A stretch of DNA of 24,555 nt, taken from contig NW_021836326.1 in assembly GCF_006345805.1 (NCBI RefSeq), positions 1-24,555 of the forward strand. Direction: 5' to 3'. The stretch is from Octopus sinensis (taxonomy: Eukaryota). Made by a program: the position numbers and the translations under genes. Every line of letters starts with the position of its first letter. The first letter of the stretch is position 1. A model generated the notes under the pieces. The model made no database searches. It had not been told where the DNA came from and saw nothing but the letters and a program-made list of their open reading frames with translations. This document shows positions 1 through 11,297 of this stretch, piece after piece.

Positions 1-324
1 AATTTCAGATTTATTAAACATATGATTGTAAATTTATTAACAAATTTACTCGTAAATACGCGGCTTTATCTCTATGAAAACGAGGTCTGGCTTTGCCTGG
101 TCTTGTTTAGATTGTTCATGGGTGGTCCATCTATATATTTTCTAAGTTGCGTTAGGAAGAATAAGGAAAATCCTAATTGAGATTTAATGAAAGCTGGAAA
201 CAAATCAGCTGATCTTTCAAATTAATTAATGGAAGCCCTGCAGCTTTACAATGAGATTGTTTTCCAAAGAAAGGGTAAACAAATGCTTATTAAATATGAT
301 TACAGCGCCTGCTTGCAAATGAAC

Positions 325-445
325 ATACTAACATACATACATAAATAATTATGTATACATATGTGCTTCTCTATGTATGTATATATGTACGTATGTTTGT
401 GTATGTATGTGTGTGTGTGCGCGCGCGCGCTGTGTGTGTGTGTGC
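325..445. repeat. Mixed (TATG)n/(TG)n/(GC)n microsatellite
   Basis: Directly visible simple repeats; boundaries approximate. Confidence 0.8.
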
Positions 446-557
446 GCATTGGCGGAAGAGAAGTAGTTTAGTCTTTGTCTGAAGATCGCAGTGGCGTGTC
501 ATTCGAATCACGAAATAAGATTCAGTTTCAATAAGCAGTGCACGTATGTTTAGGTAC

Positions 558-578
558 CTGTCTGTCTGTCCGTCTGTC

Positions 579-610
<32 letters not shown>

Positions 611-611
611 C

Positions 612-650
<39 letters not shown>

Positions 651-684
651 TCTATCTACTATCTATCTATCTATCTATCTATCT
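558..684 (+). repeat. Compound (TCTG)n(TCTA)n microsatellite at the 5' junction of Tx1 copy 1
   Basis: Tetranucleotide array ending ...tctatctatct, followed by unique sequence ctcgacatgg. Confidence 0.95.
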
Positions 685-908
685 CTCGACATGGATGGAC
701 GCTAGTCAAATCGGCTACACGTAAGTTGGCTACGTTTACATTTTAAAACTCCTTGTCAAATATTTTGTTTTAATCGTTGTGCAAGTTCATTCACTAAAAA
801 ACCTGAGAATTATTCACATACAATTCCGCTCCTGTATGGGCGAAATTACCACCAAAAATTACCACCAAAACTTTCGTGGGTTCCTTTTAGCCATTTTTCA
901 TTTTGAAA

Positions 909-1790
909 ATGGCAACTAGAAACCACGTGGCTAGCCCGCCAGTCATGCGGAACGGTAGCGAAACACTATTGCTACCACTAGCTGCTAAACCTCGCAGCTT
1001 GAACACCGCTGTCACCACCACCACCACCACCAACAACACAACAACAAAACTAACGTCGCAAGATCATTCACCATCGCCGCGACCAAAGGCATTAACTTAG
1101 ATTTCCCCCCACTCCCTACACCACTTGTCGATGATAAAAGGACGTAGAAAGGGATTTCAAAAACGAATACAGACGAAAACATGAATGCCAGCACCACCAC
1201 CATCACCACCACCACCAACAACAACGAAATCGGCACAAAGCCGCCTACCAAAGACAACACCGCCAACACCAACACCACTACCACGACTTCAACTGCTACA
1301 ACTAACCCTTCTGCTGCTAACACCACCAAAATTAAAACGAATTTCGCGGATGCGACAAAACAAAAACGAACAATCGTAAAATTCGCCACACAGGAAATAA
1401 ACCTCACAAAAGCACTCTTCACCAAAGAAGGAGACAAATTGCATCTTCACATTCCACAACACATCGTGGAAAACACACACAAAAAAAAAACAATAATCTA
1501 CAAAGTAATAAACAAGAAAACAAGACGACCAGAAAATGCACTGCAGGAAAAAATTGAAAAATGCCTTCGTCCTGCATGGGACTCCAAGCAGTATATCAGT
1601 TGGGGAATTAAATTTGGTACAGTCCAAGTACGTTTCCTCAACGAAAATTTAGCAGAACGATTTTCCACATTGGAGCTGCATTCAGACGACTTGGTAATGA
1701 TACCAATCTATTTAAACCAGAGAGTGACGAAAGTCCAAATAAAAAATGTACCCCCTGAAGCCGAAACACAGTGGTTAGTCTCTGCCATCT
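909..1790 (+). pseudogene. Disrupted LINE ORF1 (Thr/Asn-rich N-terminus, RRM-like region), truncated at 1790
   Basis: ORFs 903-1100 and 1181-1792 in different frames. NFADATK, FGTVQVRF and RVTKVQIKNVPPE resemble Tx1/L1-type ORF1 RRM motifs; a DFPPL motif lies in an intervening frame. Confidence 0.6.
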
Positions 1791-2788
1791 GACCTTTCGA
1801 CATCGCACGTTCGGTCCGTCAGGGATGCCCCCTCTCGTCGCTTCTATACGTATTGACTCTCGAGCCATTATTGCGGAAGCTGGAAACTTTGAGGGGCATC
1901 CCGCGAGAACTGGGATGCGGGACAAGCGTGTCTGCATACGCGGACGACGTCACCGTCATAGTGTTTAGCCACGAGCACATCGAGCAGGTCGGTGAGACAC
2001 TGAAAAACTACGAAGCGGTGACAGGAGCGAAAATCAACCGGGAAAAGTCAGTGGGCTTGCGACTAGGCACTTGGAGAAGCAAGCCCATGCCGTCCACCAG
2101 CGCCTCCGTCGTGGGACGCTGGACCGACGGCCCGGTCGAATTGTTCGGGGTCTGCTTCGGTCCGGACCTCCAAGTGGAGAAGAACTGGAACGAGATAACG
2201 AATAGGGTGGTCACTCTCGCCCGGCAATGGGCCGAGAGGAAACTGTCCCTAAAAGGTCGGGCGGAGGTGGCGAACACGTACATCGCGTCCGTCATCTACT
2301 ACCTATTTCTTTATTCCCACAAGGGGCTAAACACAGAGGGGACAAACAAGGACAGACATAGGTATTAAGTCGATTACATCGACCCCAGTGCGTAACTGGT
2401 ACTTAATTTATCGACCCCGAAAGGATGAAAGGCAAAGTCGACCTCGGCGGAATTTGAACTCACAACGTAACGCAGACGAAATACCGCTAAGCATTTCGCC
2501 CGGCGTTCTAACGTTTCTGCCAGCTCGCCGCCTATCTACTACCGCCTGACCGTCGTGCCTTGTCCCGACCCTACCATCACCAAACTAGAACGCATTCTCT
2601 TTCGGGCCAGGGCCCATGGACAACTTCCAGAGATCCCTGGCCTGGCAGTGCTACCGAGAAGCGCTACCCTTTCGGGATAAGCTCTACAGACACGGCTCGA
2701 GAAACACAGGGCCGACCTGCCTGAGATGCGGTCAGAGCGACGAAACCGTTCTGCACGCACTCGTGCAGTGTCCAACAATTTCTGACAT
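1791..2788 (+). pseudogene. Tx1 ORF2 fragments (RT domains with YADD; zf-RVT-like CxxC..H..C)
   Basis: Translations TLEPLLRKL..SAYADDVTVIV..INREKS and TCLRCGQSDETVLHALVQCP match copy C. Confidence 0.9.
2304..2533 (-). mobile_element. tRNA-derived SINE with Meta-like central domain and Tx1-like 3' tail, 10-bp TSD
   Basis: Minus strand shows an A box (tggcagaaacgttag), a B box (gagttcaaattcc) and the core gcctttcatcctttcggggtcgataaattaagtaccag. TSD atctactacc at 2294-2303 and 2534-2543 restores the uninterrupted Tx1 ORF2. The Meta label is from memory of that consensus. Confidence 0.9.
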
Positions 2789-2893
2789 CATATCTGCCAC
2801 TTAAATGTGGCTAACCCTTATGGGTGTTAAATAAAATGCGGTAACTATGCCAAGGCAGTGTGAAATTTCTAAGACATTTATAAAGAGAAAGGT

Positions 2894-2942
2894 AGTCTTA
2901 CAGCTGTTTCGGGGATATAAAGCACACCCCATCATCAAAGAC
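2894..2942 (-). ncRNA. Minimal type I hammerhead ribozyme motif (Penelope-type), core C3->U variant
   Basis: Minus strand: GTCT-TTGATGA-t-GGGG..CCCC-GAAAC-AGCT-GTA-AGAC. Stem I GTCT/AGAC, stem II GGGG/CCCC, palindromic stem III. Confidence 0.65.
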
Positions 2943-2956
2943 GATATGAGATAGTT

Positions 2957-5900
2957 TGGTTTGGCATCCTTTCTGTCTCGGGAGACAATGGAGTTGCGCA
3001 TTTTTTTTTTTTTTGTAGTCTAGTCCGGCTTTTATATTTCATGTCCTGATACATTTCCTGCTGTGGCTGTGTAGTCCTATCCTGGACAAACACTCCCTCT
3101 GGCAGGTACCGCAAATGTAGCGAAGACTGTTCCTGGCTGGTTGTAGTGCCATAGTCTCTTGTTTACGTCTCTTCCTTTCTTTCCATTTCTCCTGTCTCTC
3201 TCTCTGTCACTCTTTTGTATTCCCTCTTTTACTGTACGTCGCCATTCTCCACGGTTGCCGGCGACTGCCTCCCAACCGCTAATATTGATGTTGCAGGCCT
3301 TCATATCCCTTTTGCAAACATCCCTGTAACGTAAGATCGGTTTACCCACAGACCTAGTACCCCTAGCAAGCTCTCCGTAGAGTATGTCCTTGGGGATTCT
3401 GCCATCTTTCATACGGCTAACATGCCCAAGCCATCTCATACGTCTTTGTGTGAGGAGTGCAAACATGCTTGGTATTCCTGCTTGCTGAGGACATCTTTGT
3501 TGGGGATATGATTCTGCCATTTGATGCGGAGGATTTTTCGGAGGCAGCGCAGGTGAAAGATGTTTAGGCGACGCTCTTGGCGTGTGTATAGCGTCCAGGT
3601 CTCGCTTCCATACAGTAGAGTGCTGAGTACACATGCCTGGTAGATCTTCATTTTCGTGGTCTTGGTCAGCTTATTGTTGTCCCAAGCCCGTTTGGAGAGT
3701 TGGGCCATCGCAGCAGCTGCCTTGCCAATGCGTATATTGAGCTCAGCGTCAAGGGATAGGTTGTAGGTGACGGTAGAGCCCAGATAGGTAAACTTCTACA
3801 CCTCTTGTAATCTGTGGTCTCCAATATGTATGTTTGGGATGTCCGATGTAGCCTGGCCCATGATGTTGGTCTTCTTAAGGCTGATAGCTAAGCCAAAGTC
3901 GTTACATGCTAGCTCAAAACAGTTAATGAGCCTTTGGAGGGCTTCTTCTGTGTGTGTTACCAGAGCGGCATCATCAGCAAATAACATCTCTTTGATCAGG
4001 ACGTTTCTGATTTTGGTCTTGGCACGCAGGCGCGAGAGATTGAACAGTTTCCCGTCACTTCTACTGTGCAGAAACACTCCATCATCTGATGTCTGAAAGG
4101 CATGTGAAAGTAAGAGTGAGAAGATGCCAAACAATGTAGGAGCGAGGACACAGCCTTGCTTTACCCCGTTTTTTATTTGGAAGGCGGCTGATGTTGAACC
4201 GTTGTGCTGTATGGTGCCTTGCATGTCATCATGGAAAGACTTGATGATCCTCAGCAGCTTTGGTGGACATCCGATTTTTTGGAGCAGGAGGAAGAGGCCT
4301 GTTCTGCTTACCGAGTCAAAAGCCTTTGTTAGATCAATGAAGGCCATATATAATGGCATTTTCTGCTCTCTGGACTTCTCCTGAAGTTGGCGTATGGAGA
4401 ATATCATATCGATAGTTGATCTGCTTCTTCTAAAGCCACACTGCGATTCCGGATAGATTCGAGAAGCAAGTAGTTGTAGCCTGGCCAGGATAACGCGGGC
4501 AAAGGTCTTTCCAACAGTGCTTAGAAGGGATATACCACGGTAATTGTTACAATCACCACGGTCACCTTTGTTTTTGTAAAGCGTAATGATGTTGGCATCC
4601 CGCATATCCTGAGGGACTGTACCCTCTTCCCAGCACTGACACAGAAGCTCATGAAGGTGCCGAAACAGGATGGTGTTTTTGCCGGCTTTGATGATCTCTG
4701 AGGGGATGCCGTCTTTTCCCGGAGCCTTATTTCTTGCTAGGGAGTCAACAGCCTTGGTGAGCTCTGCTATAGATGGCGGACTGTCAAGTTCGCACATGAC
4801 TGGCAAGATCTTGACACTCTCGACTGCAGCCTCAGCCGCTGTGGTCTCCCGTGAGTAGAGATCCTGGTAGTGCTCCACCCATCTATCCATTTGCTTGCCT
4901 TGATCCCTGATGAGATCTCCAGTAGTTGATTTCAGAGGGGCTGACTTGGTTGCGGATGGACCGAGGGCCTTCTTCAAACCGGCATACATCCCACAGGTGT
5001 CGCCCCTGTCAGCAGCTGACTGGATACTCTGACAGATTTCCTGCCAATACCTATTTGCACAGCATCTGGCTGTCAGTTGGGTTTTATTTCGTGCCTTTCT
5101 GAGTTCTTCGAGTGATTTTGTAGAAGAGTCACTCTTGTATTGCACCAGAGCTGCACGCTTTGCTTCGATAACTGGCTCCAGCTCTGAGAGCCCAGCATTG
5201 AACCAATCTGGGTTTTGCCTTTCTCTCTTGCCGAAAGTATCCAATGATGTCGTATACAAGGCTTCCCTGATATAGTCCCACCTACTTTCAGCAGAGGAGG
5301 TTGGGCAGCTACTGAGGGCAACCTTGATAGAAGCAGCAAAACATTTTCGCAGTGTAGGGTCCGAGGTTCTGGCGGTGTTGATGCGTGGTCGGCCCACTTT
5401 CTTGGAGCGATGGACTTTTTTAGGCAGAATCCTCACCCTGCTTCTAATTAGTGAGTGGTCTGTGTCACAATCCGCACTGTGGTAACTGCGGGTCAATAGA
5501 GTAGAATTCAGAAAGGATCTCCGTGTAATGATGAGATCCAGCTGATGCCAGTGGTGAGATATTGGATGTCTCCAGGATGCCTTGTGGGATGGCTTGTTGG
5601 TAAAGAATGTGTTTGTGATGCACAGGTTGTGGTATGTGCAGAATTCGAGTAGTCTCTGACCATTGTCATTCATGTTGCCAATACCAAAGTGTCCAACACA
5701 AATGGGCCACGAATCATGGTCAGATCCCACGCGAGCGTTAAAATCCCCTAGAAGGTACATATTTTCAGTCGTTGGTATATTTTCTATGACACAGTTGAGA
5801 TCTTTGTAGAACTGGTCCTTGGTCTCTTCTGAGCTGTAGAGAGTGGGAGCATAGATGCTGAGTAGATGTACTGAGCCAGAAGAAGTCGAGAGGCGCAGTG

Positions 5901-6867
5901 AGAGGATACGCTCAGTGCCTCCCGATGGTGGTTCTATTGAGGAGAGTAGTGAGTTTCTCACTGCAAAGCCAACGCCATGTTGACGAGGTTCTTCTGGATC
6001 TCTTCCCTGCCAAAAGAAGGTGAAGTCCTGCTCTTTGAGTTTGCCGTTTGAGGGAAGTCTTGTCTCCTGCAGCCCAGCAATATCTATGTTGAGCCTCTTT
6101 AGTTCACGGTCAATGATGGCCGTTTTCCTTGTGTCTTCAATCCTGAGAAGATCATCAGATATTCCAGGATACATGGTCCTGACATTCCAGCTTGCCAACT
6201 GCAGAACTGGTGTTTTCTTGACTTTCAGTTGCTTGCCTGGTGCAGAGGTTGCAGGCCGCTTTTCGAGTCGTACTCTTAGCTCCAAGCACCCAATGGAGCA
6301 GGCGGCTTGTGGCGGGTCAGCACCTTATTAACTGGGGACTGCCCAGCTTGAGGTGGGCAGTAGCTAACCAATAGGACACGGAAGTCCCTCCCACCGTCAG
6401 AGGTAACCCGTAGCGCCCATATTTTACGCTAATCTGAATGGACTTATCACTCGTGACTGTTACCTCCCGTGTTGTTTCTGCAGCTTTTTACAGCAGCACT
6501 GAAGTGTCCTCTCCAGTTTTGCGCAGGCCTGGGCTATAGGTAAGAAAGTCCTGGGTAGCCCAATCGTCAGGTTTCCTCTCTCGACTTTGCTGATGTAGTC
6601 CAGTGGAGTGCAGTGCATTACGTTTGGCACCAGCTTGGTTGCAGGAGCTGCCGGAAGAGTGTCGAGTCGAACACTAGACCGCCTTCGGGGCGCCACTCCG
6701 GATTTCTTTGAAGGTTGTCTCCTTTCCGTAACCCTGGATAGGGGCCCATACCGGGTACTGTCAGCCGGAGCCAGCTGAGCCCGGAACTCGTGTCAGGCAG
6801 GGTCGTCACTCCCTGAAGTAGTGAAGAAGTTCGCTACCCACTACCTTTTCAAGTAATGTTAAATTAT
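2957..6867 (-). mobile_element. Full-length RTE-clade LINE (about 3.9 kb) with 12-bp TSD
   Basis: TSD tatgagatagtt at 2945-2956 and 6868-6879. Single APE+RT ORF. RTE-type 3' end ccattgtctcccgagacagaaaggatgcc followed by a short (ccaaa) tail. Confidence 0.92.
3039..6285 (-). pseudogene. RTE ORF (AP endonuclease, reverse transcriptase, C-terminal Cys/His motif) with 1 in-frame stop and about 2 frameshifts
   Basis: 829-aa ORF with LASWNVRTM, GLQETRL, LLGDFNARVG, DTDH, QGCVLAPTLF and LFADD. TAG at 3796-3798 continues in frame (KFTYLGS..MAQL). Frameshifts near 3485 and 3180. Ends CGTCQRECLSRIGLHSHSRKC. Confidence 0.92.
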
Positions 6868-7179
6868 TATGAGATAGTTATATAGAAGGAAATAGTAGAG
6901 TTCAAAATAAGAAGTTATTTTCGAAAGGGAGAGATATAGGAAGTATATACGAAAATAAATATAAAAATATATGTTGGATGTTACAGTTACAGTTCCGTTA
7001 TCCAAAGAATGTGCTGTGTAGAATGGGTAAAGAGGCTTCTTGTCCATGGAATGTAAATTCCAATAGGAGTTCATATTTTGTTATTACTAATGGATACTGT
7101 GCAGATATTAATTCCATGTATTGGTCATTCAAAGGGATCTTTGTGTGTATATGTGAGAATGTGTAACGTGCGTGTGTGT

Positions 7180-7185
<6 letters not shown>

Positions 7186-7257
<72 letters not shown>

Positions 7258-7365
7258 CATGTATATCAAATTAAATACCCACCCTAAAGAGCTGCTAATA
7301 GTTTCATGCTCTGATGATACATGAACAGGTATATTTACAAAACACGCCATGTATCTTAAAGTAAT

Positions 7366-7407
<42 letters not shown>
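7186..7407. repeat. Two (TA)n microsatellites (7186-7253, 7369-7407)
   Basis: Directly visible. Confidence 0.95.
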
Positions 7408-7410
<3 letters not shown>

Positions 7411-7872
7411 ATACATGTATATAAATTGGAAAAGAACCACCATGAAGCAATTCAACAATGATACAAAAGAGACAGAGACAGCAATAGTGAGAGAAATGGA
7501 GAGAGACTGACTCCATTAATCGACTTGCAGTTTATGCAGCAATGTTGGAATGATGAAAGGGACAGTTGACAGCAAGACTATCTGAATTGAGACATAAGGA
7601 GCGGGAACACGACAACGCATTTGTCCGACTCTGCAACGAGTCTACGAATCGACTCAAAACATCTGTGTGTCTGTGTGTTTTTGTGTATTCAGTTTCTTCT
7701 CAGACTATGCTGAAGATCGCTATCTCCAAATTCCTAGATATTAGCGTGAAACTATGGTAGTTCATTTGTTACTTTTAAAGAAACAAAAAATATCACTCTC
7801 CACACATCTAAGAAAAAGTTCTTTTCGGCTCTTTTAAGTTTTTGTACTACAAAACCAGAAAAAGAACAAAAG

Positions 7873-7874
<2 letters not shown>

Positions 7875-7935
<61 letters not shown>

Positions 7936-7938
7936 AAG

Positions 7939-7983
<45 letters not shown>

Positions 7984-8125
7984 AACAAAAGATATATATA
8001 TATATATGTGCGCGTGTTTTGTTTTTTGTCTAACAAAAACTTAAAAGATACCAAAAGAACATATATATATATATATAATGTATGTATGTATGTATGTATG
8101 TATGTATGTATGTATGTATGTATGT

Positions 8126-8174
<49 letters not shown>

Positions 8175-8200
8175 TTATATATATATATATACATATATAT
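7875..8200. repeat. (CA)n/(TA)n/(TATG)n microsatellite cluster with interspersed aagaacaaaagata motifs
   Basis: Directly visible. Confidence 0.9.
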
Positions 8201-8356
8201 TTGCTTGTGCGTGTGCGTGGTTGTATGTCTGCCTAAAAATATATAAGAAGAATATTCTGGAATTTTTAGAATCTTGTTCTCTTTTGTTACATGTTCTAAG
8301 ATCTAGATACAGTTAACTGAATTTTCGTCACGGCAACAACTGACATCTTGCAAATG

Positions 8357-8379
8357 ATAGTAGTAGTAGTAGTAGTAGC

Positions 8380-8423
<44 letters not shown>

Positions 8424-8755
8424 CTGCAGCAAATAAAAGAAGTAGTGGTGGCACTAATGATATGTGTAGTGGTGGTGGTGGTGATGGTAGTTGTCAGAAT
8501 AGTATGACTGGTGGTAGCTTGAGTCGGATTGATTCTCGTCCATGTAATATTATTATTATTATTATTATTATTATTACTTACGTTGGTGATGTACAATAGT
8601 AGTAGTGGTAGTAGTTGTAGTAGTAGTAGTTGTTGTAAGTAGTGGTAGTGGTAGGAGAAGCGTTAGAAAGGTTTGTGGTGGTAGTGACAATATAGTTAAT
8701 GATAGTAGTCGTAGTTGCAGCAACAGCAGCAGCAGCAGCAGTATTATTATTATTA

Positions 8756-8790
<35 letters not shown>

Positions 8791-8845
8791 GTAGTAGTAG
8801 TAGTAGTAGTAGTAATTGTTGCTGTTGTTGTTGTTGTTGAAGTAG
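8357..8845. repeat. Compound trinucleotide repeats (TAG)n/(TGG)n/(TAT)n/(CAG)n/(TTG)n
   Basis: Directly visible; explains the poly-V/Y/I/L ORFs. Confidence 0.9.
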
Positions 8846-9479
8846 TAAGCTATTCGGAAACTGGCATTCTCATTTCAATTCCAAATAAGCTTTCCTGCTT
8901 TCTACGTGCTCTGGTCCTCATATATAATTCATGTAATCCGCCAGTTTGGAACTGGTGTACGTGTGAACGACAGCCGTGTGATTCCGAATTCACAAAATGC
9001 AGCGTTCCGCTAATTGCATTAGTGTGATGTAAATATCGATAGTTAAGTATTCAACCATTCTCCTCGCTACCCAGCTAAGTACTCACGGCGTGGTAGTGGC
9101 GATGCGTTCGGCAAGGCAAATGGCGATAGCGGTGACAGTGATGGTAGCGGTGGTGATGGTGGTGGTGGTAGTGGTGGTGGCTAAATGACCTTAGATTTGC
9201 TGGTCGGGGTGTAAACTACACGGCAAGATACTGAACACTGTCATATTTGATGAATATCAAACGATGAAATAACTGTAGAATCACTGCAGTGACTAATGGC
9301 CGACTCTTTACCGTCAACTGGAGTTACATGAACGGTTTTTCCCCATCATCCATCGTATTTTCACATCACCTCATATTTGTTTTATTTTATTTTGGTATTA
9401 TTTTCCGTTTGATTCATGGCGAAGGATGGTAGGATTGGTATGGCAGTGGGATGCAGGATTTGTAGTGCAGTGAATGAAA

Positions 9480-9580
9480 AATCTTAAGGTATTTAGTTAC
9501 GCTTTTTTTACGTTCTGAGTTCCAATCCCGCCAAAGTCAACTTCATTTTTTATTCTTGTCCATTCGATTAAAATAAATGG
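9480..9580 (+). mobile_element. Degenerate fragment of the Meta-type SINE
   Basis: ttacgttctgagttccaatcccgccaaagtcaactt resembles the B-box/core region of the 2304-2533 SINE. Confidence 0.45.
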
Positions 9581-10592
9581 CTGTGAAAACGTTACGTTAT
9601 CGATTAAAACGACTACAGCTGTTTCTCTAAATCGCTTTAAACCTTATTTAATCTTAGAAATAGTAAAGTTTTAAAAACGTCTTTCTCTTCACTTATCATT
9701 TACTCATTGTGTCTATCCATCCTTTTACATTGTGAGTACAAGTTGCCTAAATTCGTCTTCGTTCGATAAAATAAGTTCCAGACACGATTCAATCGGACGT
9801 ACTCTCCTAAAATACTAAAACTTTTATCGAGATATCATTATTTCATGCAATTAGAAGTGGCTCTAATTCGAACAATAATCGCAGATGTTCGTGCCAGGAT
9901 ATTTTAGATACAGTCAGGTTCTCTCATATATAACGCTGTTATATATGAAAGAACCTCACTATATCCCCTTCACCGTTTTCTATCTGTCTCTCTTCTCTTT
10001 CTCTTTTTCTCCCTCTCGTTCCTCACACGTGACCATCATCCATCTTTTTTCCTCACGTGACCATCTTTCTTTTCCTGCAGGACGTCCTATGGACTGGACA
10101 TATTCTATCTCTCTTCTATCTTTTCTCTTGCCGAAGAAAATATTTCTCCCGCGTTCACTATTTTACCCTAGTTCTGGTCTAACGACCCACGTTTGTTTTC
10201 ATTCGGTTTCCTTGTATGTCTCCTCTGTCCTGTTTTTGTTCCCAGCGTTGACCCTCCATAAATCCCAAATTTTATTTGGGTGCTTATGGGAGCAACTGTC
10301 TTCGAAGACTCATATTGTCGTTCAATACTCGAAACGAGGAGTAGATAGACAACCAACAACTGATGAAGAGTCATTCTTTGTGTTACCTGACCTGTTTTCC
10401 ATTTGTTTCTCTCGTTGTTTGCGTATGGAACTCATTTGTATTCGTATTTCATGTTGTTTACTGTTGGTGACATCCTGTACCCATATATGTATATATATAT
10501 ATATATATATATACATTCAAAATGTGACCGCGTGTGTACCGTTGGCGATTTTTTCCTCTGTCTTCTCTTCTCTGGATCTTTCCTTTTCCTAT

Positions 10593-10628
10593 GTTTCCGA
10601 CGAAGAGCTCCGCTCGAAACGTTACACC
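10593..10628 (+). ncRNA. Degenerate minimal hammerhead motif within a probable Penelope-derived repeat
   Basis: GTTT-CCGACGA-a-GAGC-tcc-GCTC-GAAAC-GTT-ACAC. Perfect stem II, core U4->C, stem I 3 of 4 pairs. Confidence 0.45.
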
Positions 10629-10729
10629 CCCCTTCTTTCCTTCTTTCCTGAGCATCCAATAATACTATATTTGTTCCACGTCCTCGCGTTGTTGTGTTTT
10701 TTTGTGCTTTCATGTTTGGATTAACTTCA

Positions 10730-10925
<196 letters not shown>

Positions 10926-11248
10926 GGAGAAAAGTAAAAAGATGCAAAGTAACAGCGCATTAGGTATAAAGTTAATGGCTTTTTTTTGATAAAAACAAAG
11001 ACATATACTTATTAATTCCACCTCAAATCATTTATTTGTATGTATATATATATATCTTTGTTTTTATATAAAAAGCCATTACATTTCTACCTAATGTACA
11101 TTTTCTTTGTTTCTTTTTACTTTTCCTCTATTTATACCACGTGTAATATTTTTTCTTCGAAACCTGTTTCTATTATATATATAAATTGACAGAATGACAA
11201 AAAAATACAAGGCTGTGAATAGTTTTCAGACCATTTATAAAAGAGAAG

Positions 11249-11297
11249 GTTCATACAGCTGTTTCCGAGATATTTTATACATCCCTTCGTCAGAGAC
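11249..11297 (-). ncRNA. Second copy of the GAAAC-AGCT-GTA hammerhead motif, intact catalytic core
   Basis: Minus strand: GTCT-CTGACGA-a-GGGATGT..ATATCTC-g-GAAAC-AGCT-GTA-tgaac. Flanks 11225-11330 resemble 2865-2956. Confidence 0.6.

Larger units (their letters stand above)
685..2788 (+). mobile_element. Tx1/L1-clade LINE copy 1: putative 5' UTR plus ORF1 N-half fused to RT/C-terminal ORF2 pieces; internally deleted, SINE-interrupted, 3' end missing
   Basis: 1791-2303 aligns to copy C from 18987 (GCPLS, YADD). 2544-2605 and about 2600-2788 align to C about 19497-19557 and 19977-20164. 685-1790 holds a gag-like ORF1; its membership of the same family is inferred from the fusion and the TCTA flank. 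Confidence 0.8.

Noticed and set aside
2294-2543. The SINE's TSD (atctactacc) looks TCTA-like, suggesting the same target specificity as the Tx1 LINE
   Set aside because: The SINE is in the opposite orientation: its 3' end is followed by ggtagtagat, not tcta. One site cannot show targeting.
1012-6331. Antisense or alternate-frame ORFs over the LINEs (e.g. 1012-1437, 3830-4386, 6020-6331)
   Set aside because: Shadows of LINE coding strands; no independent motifs.
6286-6867. HDV-like ribozyme or short upstream ORF (6460-6696) in the RTE 5' UTR
   Set aside because: RTE elements can carry these, but I could not build a convincing P1/P2/P3 pseudoknot by eye and the ORF has no motif. An RNArobo/Infernal search would settle it.
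6880-7140. Penelope GIY-YIG C-terminus upstream of the hammerhead (PIHGIN-like peptide on the minus strand)
   Set aside because: Too short and stop-ridden to support.
8846-9030. Possible host exon in unique-looking sequence
   Set aside because: No frame gives a recognisable peptide and no clear splice-site pair is evident.
9612-9630. tacagctgtttc motif as a third copy of the AGCT-type hammerhead
   Set aside because: No CUGANGA or stem II at the expected distance.
10055-10085. Strong-looking splice acceptor (pyrimidine tract plus ctgcag|g)
   Set aside because: No supportable exon, donor or coding signal follows; pyrimidine tracts are common here.
10325-10376. Type II-permuted hammerhead (actc-gaaac ... 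ctgatga-agagt)
   Set aside because: No stem I pairing can be formed.
9885-10724. 279-aa plus-strand ORF as a gene
   Set aside because: Phe/Ser/Leu-rich translation of pyrimidine tracts that runs through a (TA)n repeat; no recognisable domain.
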